The notes under the pieces: model-generated
Databases searched by the model: none
What the model was told of the DNA's origin: nothing
What the model saw: the letters and a program-made list of their open reading frames with translations, nothing else
Shown here: positions 36,947 to 47,408 of the stretch, piece after piece
Layout of the letters: the number at the start of each line of letters is the position of its first letter
How positions within the stretch are numbered: the first letter of the stretch is position 1
Program-made: the position numbers and the translations under genes
Assembly (NCBI RefSeq): GCF_018350175.1
Contig: NC_058382.1
Location: 58,282,001 to 58,346,000 of the forward strand
Source of the DNA: Felis catus
Lineage: Eukaryota
Reading direction: 5' to 3'
DNA: 64,000 nt

Positions 36947-37235
36947 GGGGCGCCTGGGGGGCTCAGTCGGTCGGAGCATCTGACTCGTGATTTCCGCTCG
37001 GGTCCTCATCTCCCAGTCTGTGAGATCGAGTCCTGCATTGGGTGCAGAGCCTGCTTGGGATTCTGCCTCTCTCTTTCTCCCCCTCCCTCCCTCCCTCCCT
37101 CCCTCCCTCCCTCCCTTTCTTTCTCTCCCTCCCTCTCTCTCTCTCCCCCCCCCGCCCCCTCCCTCCCTCTCTGCCTGCCCCCTGCTCTTGCATACTCTTC
37201 TGTCTCTAAACAAATAAACTTTAAAAAATAAACGA
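36947..37235 (+). mobile_element. Can-SINE with expanded (CCCT)n linker
   Basis: ggggcgcctgggggg head, gagatcgagtcc B box, cagagcctgcttgggattct, aaataaactttaaaaaataaa tail. Confidence 0.9.
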
Positions 37236-40189
37236 AAGTTAAAAATCTAAACAGCCTACAGAAAAGTGCATAGACTGAGCATCCAGCAGGACAGGTATCG
37301 GGAGTGACCCCACAGGTCAGGAAAAAGCCCCTGCTGTCACGCAGCACCCCCTCCCCAGCGGGTAGGACCGTCTGGATTCTTGGTGGTGTTGGTGGGACCC
37401 ACCCGCGTGGCCGTGAGGGTTGTGGCTGCTTCCTGTCGTGTCCCCCCCCCCCCCCCCCCGCCGCCGCCCTGGGCGCTTGACCTGATAGCGACTCTGTGTC
37501 CTTGTGGCCACGTGCAGGTGGGCGTCGGAGGAGCTCTCTGTGGAGGGCTGGGGGGCGGGTGCTTTGCTGGGTGCGTACCCCTGAAGGGGGAGGGGAGTGC
37601 CAGGCCAGGGAGAGAGCTGGCGGCCTGAGAGAGATGTACCCATTTTTCCACAGTTGCACGAACCTGGGTGAGGGTCCACGAGAGCTATTCCAAACCTCAG
37701 GGGGGTCACTTTCCAGCCGGGAGCTCCGCTCACAGGGCTGGCCGGATTAGCCTGTGACACCCCACCTGCCCCCTCAGCGGTCCTGAAACTGGCTTTGTAG
37801 CAGGGGATGGGGGGTCACCAACTTGACCAGACTAGCTTGTCCTAAAACCCCAGAAGCTGTCCCCACTGGGAAGGGAGGGTGGCCAGCGTGTGATATTGGC
37901 TCTCCCCCGGTGGTCATGACATCTGACCCAGCTAGCTGGGGCTGGCCTGGCCGACTGGGGCTTGCAGCATTCTTGGGGTGTGGGCCGTGGTTGCTGCTTC
38001 ATCTGGGGGGGACTCGGGGTCGCAGTTCAGGGCCAGCAGCCCTCGGGCAGCTCCTTCCTGCCCACGTGGTCAGGCACTGACAGGTGGGATCTGGGAGCAC
38101 GGGGCTCCCGGCCTCGGTGTTGTTACCAATATTGCTAGCAGAACGAGCTGCTGGGCCGCTCTGGGGCTTGGCCTGTGGGGTTGGGGCGAGGTGTCTCCCC
38201 GTGGGGCTGCTTTGTACAGTTGCCCATGCTGTGCACAAGCCTAGGGAGTCACGTTGAGGAGTCCTGGATGGAAGCACCTTGCTTAGGGCAAGGCTCTGTC
38301 TTGATGTCCCTGGGGCCTTGATGTCCGGCCGCTCTGCTTCCTGGTTATGCTGCTGAGGCCACGCGGGGCCACGTTCCCAGGGCCTCTGGGGCAGAGAGGA
38401 GAGATGGCCCCACGGTGCCGCCCTGGCAGCCGCGCGGCTGTCTGCGCCCGCGAGCCGGAGACTGCCCTGCCTCCCCCTCAACACAGAGGTTCCATTTGGT
38501 AACGTGAGCGTGGCCGCTTGAGATGGTGTGGAGACAAGGGTCCCTCGGCCCCGGGAACGAGGCACGTTTGGAGCGAAATCCAGGAGGACGCCTGCGAACA
38601 GACGGGATTCTCCTTCTGCGAGGGGTTGTCTCTGCCGACGCTGCTCCCTCTCTCCCTCGACCCGCGTGGGGCGCTTGCGGACAGAGTGGGCCATCTGAGC
38701 CCTTCAGAAGGGTCAGCGTTTGCCCTTTGAGTCCGCGAGCAAGACGGGGCGTCCCCGGGCCGCGTGTGATTGTCCGCGTCCCGGCTGGTGGAGCACGTGG
38801 CCGCCTGGGCCCCCGCATCCCACCACCCACCCCACCCCACCCCCCCCGTGGCCACAGGCGAGCGTGTGCCCCTTGCCCGCCCGGCGCGAGGGCGTCCCAG
38901 GCAGCCCCAGCCGCGGTTTGTGCTTTGAGATGCTGTGCCGTCTGCCCGGGGTCCGTGTCGGCCGTCCGTGATGGGGGTGGGGACCACCGGCGTCATGTGG
39001 GCACATGACGGGGGTCTCCCTCCTCCTCAGGGTGCAGGGTGTGTGTGTGTGTTTGTGCGACAAACTTTGTTGAGCCTGGGTGGGGATCTCGGGGACCCCT
39101 CCCCCCTGACACTACTGGAGGCCCCAGGGCCGGGACGTGCCTGAGTCACAGGGAGGTCAAGGCTGGTGCCTGCTGGAGGTGGGGACCCGGGAGCAGGACG
39201 CACTTGAACACAGTTACTGCCCAGCTCATATGCTCCCCGTCCTGGCCGCCCCTCCCGGGGGAGCAGCCGGCCAGCTTGGCCGTGCACCCGAGCTTTCTCC
39301 CTTGGGACCCCAGAATGCTCCCCCCACCCCCGGGCCCTGCCCTCCCCACCCTCCATGCCCTCTAGAAACGCCGGGTCCCTCGCTTCCTGACTCTGCCCAC
39401 CCCATCCCACCTCCGGGGGGACCTCCGCTGGGTGTGACGTTGGGGTACAGGATTCCTTTTGGGGGACAGAAGCGATCTGGAGTCAGGTAGCAGCGATGAT
39501 TGCACAACCCAGTGAATGTGCTAGAAGCCACCAGCCTCTACGCTTTAAATGGCAAATTAGGTCTCAGTTTTTAAAATTCGAGAATAGGCTGCCGTTGATA
39601 CTTGAGAAACGAAAAAGAAAGCGTCCCTCGGCCGCTTCTCTGTGTCCCTGCCTCGTGCCCGGCCCATCCAGCCCTGTGACCGTTGCTCTGCTGGCCGCTC
39701 GGGCATCCTGCGTGCCCTGCCTTTTCCTGCAGCCCCTCTACCTGCAAGCAGAGGGCTCGGGGCCTGTTATGAGCTGGGGGGGGAGGGGGGGTTCTGGCTC
39801 TGGCCTCATGGAGGGGGGGTCCGGTCCGGTCCGGCTGCTGTGTTGACCGGGCCCCACCCAGCCAGGGGCAGCCCCCGACGGCGCACATCCTGCCTGTGTG
39901 ATGTGGGACGTGGGCCCGTGGCCCCGAGCTGCGATGGGACACGTCTCTCGTGTTGGGGCCCGTGTCTCCGTCAGCGTCCGAGGGGGCGGCCCTTCCTGCC
40001 TACCCTCGCCTCGGGCTGGGGCTTGGGTGAGGGGCGCTGGGCCGCGAAGCCAGAGAGGGAGTGCGGCGCGGCCCGAGGTGGCCGGGGAAGCAGGTTCCCT
40101 GCCTGTCCGCCGGCTGCGTGGGGCTGGGGACGGCCGGAGCCCTCCGTGGGCGTGGCCCCCGCTCAGCCTCCCGCGTCCTTCTCCCGCAG

Positions 40190-40389
40190 GGTCTTCGCTG
40201 AGCAGCGAGTCGTCCCCCGTGTCCTCACCGGCCACCAACCACAGCTCTCCCGCCAGCACGCCCAAGCGCGTGCCCATGGGCCCCGTCATCGTCCCCCCTG
40301 GGGGCCACAGTGTGCCCAGCACACCCCCCGTGGTGACCATCGCCCCGACCAAGACTGTCAATGGCGTCTGGAGGAGTGAGAACCGACAG
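40190..40389 (+). CDS. GSE1: GSE1 exon 3
   Basis: ctcccgcag|GGTCT ... CGACAG|gtgagc; [17 protein letters not shown]...GVWRSENRQ. Confidence 0.95.
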
Positions 40390-40519
40390 GTGAGCCGGGG
40401 GGCGGCCGGGGTGGGGGGCATAGCTGCCGGGAAGGGGGGGCCCGTCTCAGGATTGCGGCCGCTCGCCCTGACTCGCTCTCGTGAGCCCGATCCCCGTGCG
40501 GGGCAGGGCGACGGGACAC

Positions 40520-40866
40520 CCGCCCGGAGAGCCGGTTGTTGGAAGAGAATCCCCGGGCTTCAGTCAGGCCGCCAGCACCGAGAACCCCTCCAGGGGCTCC
40601 CGCGACAGGTTTATTCTTTGTGTCCCCCGAGGCTGGGGGTCTGAGACCCCGGCACCGGCTTCCTCCCGAGGCCTCTCTCTCTGGCCTGTAGACGCCGTCT
40701 TCTCATCCGGGGCCTGGTCTGCTTTCTCTGACGACACGGGTCCTGTGGGATCGGGGCCCACCCGAATGACCTCACCTTTAGTTACCTCCTCCAAGGCCCC
40801 GTCTCCAACATGCTCCCAGGGTTGGCACTCCACCGTGAGAAGTTGAGGGGGACACGGCTCAGTCCG
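40520..40866. mobile_element. MLT1 (ERVL-MaLR) solo LTR
   Basis: gaggctgggggtctgaga...ggcctgtagacgccgtcttctc...gggcccaccc..atgacctcac...gggggacacggctcagtcc. Confidence 0.7.
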
Positions 40867-41242
40867 GAGCCCCGCGTGAGCCCCGCGTGAGGTGCTTCAC
40901 AGGTGGCAAAGGTGACACAGGGTGGCTGCTCTGATTACCTGCCACTCGAACACGGGACGGAAGTGGGGAAAAGGCCGCTGGGTGTTCTCGTGTGTCCCTC
41001 TTTCCTGTTTCTGTCCTGGCGTCTGAAGGCCCCGCACTTGGGGTTCCCCTGGGTGTGGCTGTTGCCACGGTGTCCTGCCAGTGCGGGAGGCCTGGGAGGG
41101 TTCCTTTGTTCCTGCCTCGGCTGACCCCCCACCCTCACCCGGGTACCCCTAACCGAGGGGGGGGGGGCGGAGCAGGGGTGAGAGGATACTTCCGGGCTTT
41201 TCTGCTGAGTCCCCAGAGCAGTGGTAGTACTTAGAAATACTA

Positions 41243-41387
41243 GTTAAGCGACCGACTTGGGCTCAGGTCATGATCTCACAGTCCGTGGGTTCGAGCCCCG
41301 CATCGGGCTCTGTGCTGACTGCTCAGAGCCTGGAGCCTGTTTCCGATTCTGTGTCTCCCTCTCTCTCTGCCCCTCCCCTGCTCGTAC

Positions 41388-41438
<51 letters not shown>

Positions 41439-41457
41439 AGTAAACATAAAAAAAAAA
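41243..41457 (+). mobile_element. 5'-truncated Can-SINE with TSD
   Basis: Starts at gttaagcg (A box missing); has B box, (CTGT)n(CT)n and A tail; TSD AAATACTAGTTAA / AAATACCAGCTAA. Confidence 0.92.
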
Positions 41458-44400
41458 TACCAGCTAAACGACAAGACAAGTGGAAGAGGGGAGTCCGTTG
41501 GGCACCAGCCTCCCCCCACCCCTACCCCCTGGTCATCCAGTAGATAGTACATCTGCCTTTCCTCTGCCCTGGGGGTGGGAGGTAGCCAGCCTCTGTCCAC
41601 AGAGGGGGTGGGGGTGACCCTCGGGCAGGGTGAGGACCCTCCTGGGTGTGGCCCTGGCTTGGCCCCGTGTCCGAGGTGGCCATTGCTTAGCCCTCTGTGC
41701 AGTTTGAGAGCGGGAGAGACCAGGTGGGGCCTGGCGGGCAGATTCCAGCCAGAGGGGTTTGGAGACCCCTGAGCTGCCCCTGGGTCTGGTTCGAGGGAGG
41801 GTCGTGTCTTCCCGGGGACCTTCTGCCTCCGGAGGGACTCTTTGCCTCTCGCTGTCGGCCGCCTGGCGATCCACCTTGACCTCAGGGCCCCAGCCACCCG
41901 ACTCGGATCCTGACTCGTCACCACTCCTTGCCTCTCCCGGACTCACTCGGCCCCGGGTCGTTTCCGGATCCCGCCCTGTCCCTGGCTCAGCACTGGCCGG
42001 TGACAGCCGCTGTGGGACGCCTGCTGCCTCCCCCTCCTCTGGCACCTGTGCCCTGGCACCCCGCGGAGGGTCCTGACTGCCTCAGAAGCGTTTAGTAGCC
42101 CCAGAGAAAGGGCCGTGATGGATCTGCTCCGGCCATTTACCACCACGGCGCTTAATGAAACACTAATGCCACCAGGGAGGGCAGCGGGAAGGGAACTGCA
42201 TTAGCAGATGATGTATGGCTCATCAGCTTCTCACAAAGGCTCAGTGGAGAATGTAATCCTTCTGGGGAGGGGAGGCGGGGAGGGGAGGCGGCGAGGGGAG
42301 CCGCTTCCCCAAGTGGTGGCACAGGAGTGGGGGGGGGGATCCCGCAAGGTGGGGAGGCGTGGGGCGGGGCCCTGGGCCTGTCACCGGGGTCGCCAGGGCC
42401 CTGTTTCCCAGGTAGTGGGAGCTGCAGAGGACAGCTGAAATGAAAAATGGTCTATTTTCGGGCTAACAGAGCATGTCGGGCCTGTCTGCCTGGAGCCCTC
42501 TCTCTAATCACCAGAGAAGGATTTTCCTCCCTCCCGCCCACCCCCTTGCGGCCCTTTCACCTCCGCGGCTGTGCCTGCGGCCGCAGCCCTGAAACAAAAG
42601 CCGCCCCCAGATGCTCCCTGCCGCTCGTCTGTCTGCCAGGGCGGCGGTGGGAGCCCGGCGCGCTCCTGGGGTGCCCCGCGGTGGCCTGGCCCCGGTTGGG
42701 GGCTGCGCCCTGGACCCCGGGGCAGCCCCTGCGCGCCCCCAGAGGGCCGCCCCCGTTCCCAGGTGCCTGTCGCAAGCGTGGCCGGGCTCCAGCCAGACGG
42801 AAGGCGTGTGGGTCCGGCCCGTCGCACCCCCTGCTCGCCCGCCAGCCCCTCCCCCAGGCTCTCCAGCGCCTTGTTTGTCCTCTGCCGCCGGGAAGGTGCC
42901 ATCTGGCCCGGCCGCCTGCAAGCAGGGCTTTGTCCCGCTGAGGGGGAGAAGGGGCGGCCGGGGCCGGTGCGCTGGGGGCCCCTCCCGCGTGGCAGGGGCC
43001 GCCCTGGGGGCACTTGCCTCTGCCGTTGATTCTGCGAGCGGTGGCTGACGCACGTGGAGGCGGGTGACGGCCTGGTTTGGGGAGAGCCGCCCGGAGCTTC
43101 TCCCCAGATGTTGTTCTAGGGTCCAGGACCCCCTCCGAGGATTCTGTGGTCCTGGGTGGATGGCCCAGCACTCCCCCCCCCCCGCCCCCGGCTGCCACCT
43201 CTGTCCTGCTCTGGCCCAGGGGGGCGGGGGTTGTCCTGGCCAGCCTGAGGGCAGCGTCCAGGGTGCCTGGAGTCCCCTTCAGTGCCGGGCACCCCCTGTT
43301 CAGTCCGTCCCAGACCACGGGCACAGGGCCTCCTCCGGCCCACAGTGGCCCCCGTGAGGCCAGAGCGTGGCAGCAGGTGGGTGTGGGGGCTCGTGCAAGC
43401 CTGCCCCGCACCAGGTGGTGGGCGTGTGGGCAGACCCGGCAAGCCCTGACCTGGCAAAGGCTCCTGAGACGCTGGTGTGGGCGGGCGACCGGCTGCCGCT
43501 TCACCCTCCTCGCCTCCGTTTCCGCCCGTCCGTCCCTGTCACGCTAGGAGCCGGCGCTGCGATTGGGACGCTTGACAGATGGGGAAACCGAGGCACGGGG
43601 CCGTTATGGGTCTCATCCGGGGTCTCCAGAACCGGACAGGAGCCGTCTTCAATAAGGCTGTGGGGGGAGCCCACCCTGCTGTCCACATAGGTGTGGGCCC
43701 TTGTATAGAAGTCTCTGGAAAATCGGGGGCTGGGAGTTCTGGGCTGCTCGCTCGGACCTCGGGTGTGGGTGTGGGTGCGTGTGTCCCCCCCCGCCTCGAC
43801 ACCTGCCATGTGAACTGCCCCCCCCCCTTCGGGGAAGGGCGAGTCGGAATTCGCGAACCTGCAAGGACCCCGCCGTGAGCGGAGGGGCCGTGCCAGCGTG
43901 TGGGAAGGAACAGATGTTGCCGCTCATTAAAAATTCCAATCAGCGGCCTGTCTCCTTCAATTAATTATCACTGATGTGTCTTCTGGAGGACCGGGGAGGG
44001 CGCGGCGGCCTGGCACCGGCCTGCCGGGTAGATGTGCCTGACGGCCGGGGCCTCCTTGCCTGGCCCCCGCCGTCCGCTCCTGCCCCACCTCGCGTGCGGG
44101 CCTGAGGCGGCTGCTGGGGTCAGAGGGCACGGCCGCGGAGATGAACTTGGGGCTCCGCTGCTCACACCCCCCAACCGAGCCGGAGGGCCTCGGGCGTGGG
44201 GGAGGGTCTGGGGAGCGGGAGCATCTTCTCGGCACCGGGCTCGGCCTCCAGATGCCCGGCGGTCCACTCCTGGACGCGTCCCTCAGCCTGCCAGCTCCTG
44301 GAGACCGTCAAAGGGCCGTGGCTCCCTGTCGTTTTAGGGGTGCCTGGTGTTTCGTGACATGGCGGGAACACCGTGGTTTGCGGGTTGACTGGCCTGCGCT

Positions 44401-44641
44401 CGACCCCCCTGAGCCCCGCCTGCTTTCTCCTGGCCCTGGTTTTCGGTCTGCTGATGGGCGCGGCCAGACCTGACGCCCAGGGGAGAGCCCGGCACCACAG
44501 CCCGTGCCCTCTCTTCTCACCTTGCCGCCGCCTCCGTGCAGCGCGTTTGGGTAGAGACCCTCCAGGAAGGCGCACCTCAGAGCGGGCGCCGAAACCTGGC
44601 CCGGCGCCCCTGCCTGACTCCCGCTCTCTGTCCTCCAGCAG

Positions 44642-44814
44642 GACGCCGGCTCTCGGGGCGGCGGCGGCGGTCGGGAGCGCCTCATCGTGGAGCCCCCGCT
44701 GCCCCAGGAGAAGGCGGGGGGCCCCGCCATCCCCTCCCACCTGCTCAGCACCCCCTACCCTTTCGGCATCTCCCCCAGCTCCGTGGTGCAAGACTCGCGC
44801 TTCCCACCGCTCAA
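44642..44814 (+). CDS. GSE1: GSE1 exon 4 (alternative start 44639 through a CAGCAG acceptor)
   Basis: tcctccagcag|GAC ... CTCAA|gtaagt; [19 protein letters not shown]...SRFPPL. Confidence 0.93.
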
Positions 44815-45047
44815 GTAAGTGTGGATCGGGGGCTGGGGGTGCAGGGGCTGCAGCGGGCACGTGCGCCTGGGGTCTGGATCCCGGGGGCCCCGGGGCGCCT
44901 CCCGGCCGTGGGTGGCAAGCCCGTGCCCGCTGCCGAACGGCGAGGGCCACGCAGGCCCCAGGAGCCAGCAGTACCTGCCCGCCTCTCGTCAGCGGGTTCC
45001 CCGCCCTCCGCCGTCCTTCCCTCATCCACCCGTCCCCGCCCCCGCAG

Positions 45048-45248
45048 CCTGCAGCGGCCTGTGCACCACGTGGTGCCCCCGAGTACCGTGACCGAGGACT
45101 ACCTGAGGAGCTTCCGGCCCTACCACACCACCGAGGACCTCCGCATGACCTCCCTGCCTCCCCTGGGCCTGGACCCGGCCGCCGCGGCCGCCGCCTACTA
45201 TCACCCCAGCTACCTGGCCCCGCACCCCTTCCCCCACCCAGCCTTCAG
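45048..45248 (+). CDS. GSE1: GSE1 exon 5
   Basis: cccgcag|CCTG ... TTCAG|gtgaga; [11 protein letters not shown]...PFPHPAF. Confidence 0.95.
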
Positions 45249-45786
45249 GTGAGACGCCCCAGTGAGTCCTCCGGGGCCGTCCCCCCACGTGGCCTCACGT
45301 CCTGGGGCCGGGCTCTGCGTCTCGAGCAGCCCCCGAACCTTCCAAGTTGGCTGCTGGCCCGTGGCGGGAAGCCCCCCCCCGCCCCCTGTGCCGCCAGTTC
45401 CCCTCTGGCTGGCTGTTTCACTGGCAGCCCGGCACACGGCCTCGCTCAGACGAGGGGCCCTTTGCCGCGTGACGGAGAAGCCCCAGGGGGAGTGTGCCCC
45501 TCGTCTCTGCTCTGTGTAGGGGCTTCCCGAATCCCGACCCGGCGAGTTACGGGGAGCGGGCTGCTGCTCGCGTGGGGCCTCGGACCTCGAGCTGCTGTTG
45601 CCCAGCGGCCCTTCGGGCGGGGGCTTTGGGGCTGGCCGCGGCCGTGGCCTCTGCCTGCGGGGCCTGTGTAGGCTCGCGGCCCTCCTGCCCTGTCCCCCGC
45701 GCTCACGGCACCGCATGCCTGCTGACGGGGCCGGGGTTTATTTGCTTTGCCTTTGCTTCTCACTCGGCCCCGTCTTCCCTGCACAG

Positions 45787-45978
45787 GATGGACGACTCCT
45801 ACTGCTTGTCAGCCCTACGGTCCCCCTTCTACCCCATCCCCACGCCCGGCTCCCTGCCCCCGCTGCACCCATCGGCTATGCATCTCCACCTGTCCGGGGT
45901 CCGCTACCCCCCCGAGCTCTCCCACTCGTCCCTGGCGGCGCTGCACTCGGAGCGGATGTCCAGCCTCAGTGCCGAGAG
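45787..45978 (+). CDS. GSE1: GSE1 exon 6
   Basis: ctgcacag|GATG ... GAGAG|gtaagc; MDDSYCLSALRSPFY...SSLSAE. Confidence 0.95.
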
Positions 45979-46324
45979 GTAAGCCGCGTGCCGGCCTGGG
46001 GCGGCCCCCCGCGCTTGCCGCCGCGACAGCGGCTAGGCCAGCGCCCGTGTCCGCGGTCTCCTCGCCCGCAAGGTGGGGGCGGTGGCGGGGGCCCGGCGGC
46101 TCTGCGGTCGAGCGCCCGGTGAGGCTTGGGGGGCTGGCGGCGGCACGCGGCCCAGAGCCCTCCGAGTCCCTCGGGGGTTAACGAGAGCGGGGCCCCGCGC
46201 GCCTGCTCCCGCCGTGCAGGTCGGGCCGCCGGGGTCCCGCTCCCGGGAGTTGTCGCTGGGGGCCCGTGTCCGGTCCCCTCTGGGTCCGCGCGGGCCGTCA
46301 CCAGCTGTTCCCGTTTGCCCGCAG

Positions 46325-46623
46325 GCTACAGCTGGACGAGGAGCTGAGGCGCGAGCGGGAGCGGGAAGCTGACCGCGAGCGCGAGAAGGAGCGCGAGCGG
46401 GAGAAGGAGCGCGAGCGCGAGAAGGAGCTGGAACGGGAGCGGGAGAAGGAGCGCGAGCGGGAGCTGGAGCGCCAGCGGGAGCAGCGGGCCCGCGAGAAGG
46501 AGCTGCTGGCGGCCAAGGCGCTGGAGCCGGCCTTCCTGCCCGTGGCCGAGCTGCACGGGCTGCGGAGCCACGCCGCGGAGGAGCGGGCCAAGCCCTCGGA
46601 GCAGCTGACCCCCACGCGCCCAG
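46325..46623 (+). CDS. GSE1: GSE1 exon 7 (Glu/Arg/Lys repeat helix)
   Basis: cccgcag|GCTA ... CCAG|gtaccg; [24 protein letters not shown]...LTPTRP. Confidence 0.94.
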
Positions 46624-47083
46624 GTACCGCGGCGGGCAGCTGCCGGCCTCACCGCGTGGCCCTCCCCGGGCCACAGCCTCGAGGTGGCCGCCGAGCAGGG
46701 CGCGAGCGGGGCAGGGACGCGCCCTGGTAGTGAAGTGCGGCGAAAGCGTTAGGAGGTGGCGGATGAGTTTTGAGGCTTTTCTTCTTTAAACCCACTTTGT
46801 TTCGCTGCGAGTACACGCGATCAGACTTTTACAAGGGCTTGTGCACGACGGGCAGGCTCGCGTCACTCTGGAGAATCCGGTCTGCTCTCGTGAGCCGGCG
46901 CCTGCCTGCTCAGTCCGGCACCTGGCGGGGCCGCCCGAGAGCAGCGCCCGCCACCGAGTGTCCAGGGGTGGGGCGGGGGGGGGGGGAGGGTGTCTTCCTG
47001 GAAGGGCGGCAGGAGAGCAGGGGAGGCTCCGGCTGGGCCCGGGGCGCCGCGGTCCTGCCCTGACGGCCTTCCCCCCCCCACAG

Positions 47084-47408
47084 AGAAGCTGAAGGAGGCA
47101 GGTCTGCAAGCCCCGAAGCCCGTGCAGCACCCCTTGCACCCGACGCCCACCCCCCACCACAGCGTGCCCAGCCTCCTCTCCAACCACAGCATCTTCTCGC
47201 TGCCGGGCAGCAGCGCGGCCACGGCCCTGCTGATCCAGCGCACCAACGAGGAGGAGAAGTGGCTGGCGCGGCAGCGGAGGCTGCGGCAGGAGAAAGAGGA
47301 CCGGCAGTCCCAGGTGTCCGAGTTCCGGCAGCAGGTGCTGGAGCAGCACCTGGACATGGGCCGGCCCCCGGCGCCCACGGAGGCGGAGCACAGGCCCGAC
47401 AGCGCCAG
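47084..47408 (+). CDS. GSE1: GSE1 exon 8
   Basis: ccccacag|AGAAG ... GCCAG|gtgggg; KLKEAGLQ...[22 protein letters not shown]... Confidence 0.94.

Noticed and set aside
44373..45671. 432-aa plus-strand ORF over exons 4-5
   Set aside because: An off-frame read through GC-rich exons and introns; the true frame is fixed by splice phases
46298..46615. Antisense RS-rich ORF resembling an SR protein
   Set aside because: Simply the reverse complement of the ERE/EKE repeat in exon 7
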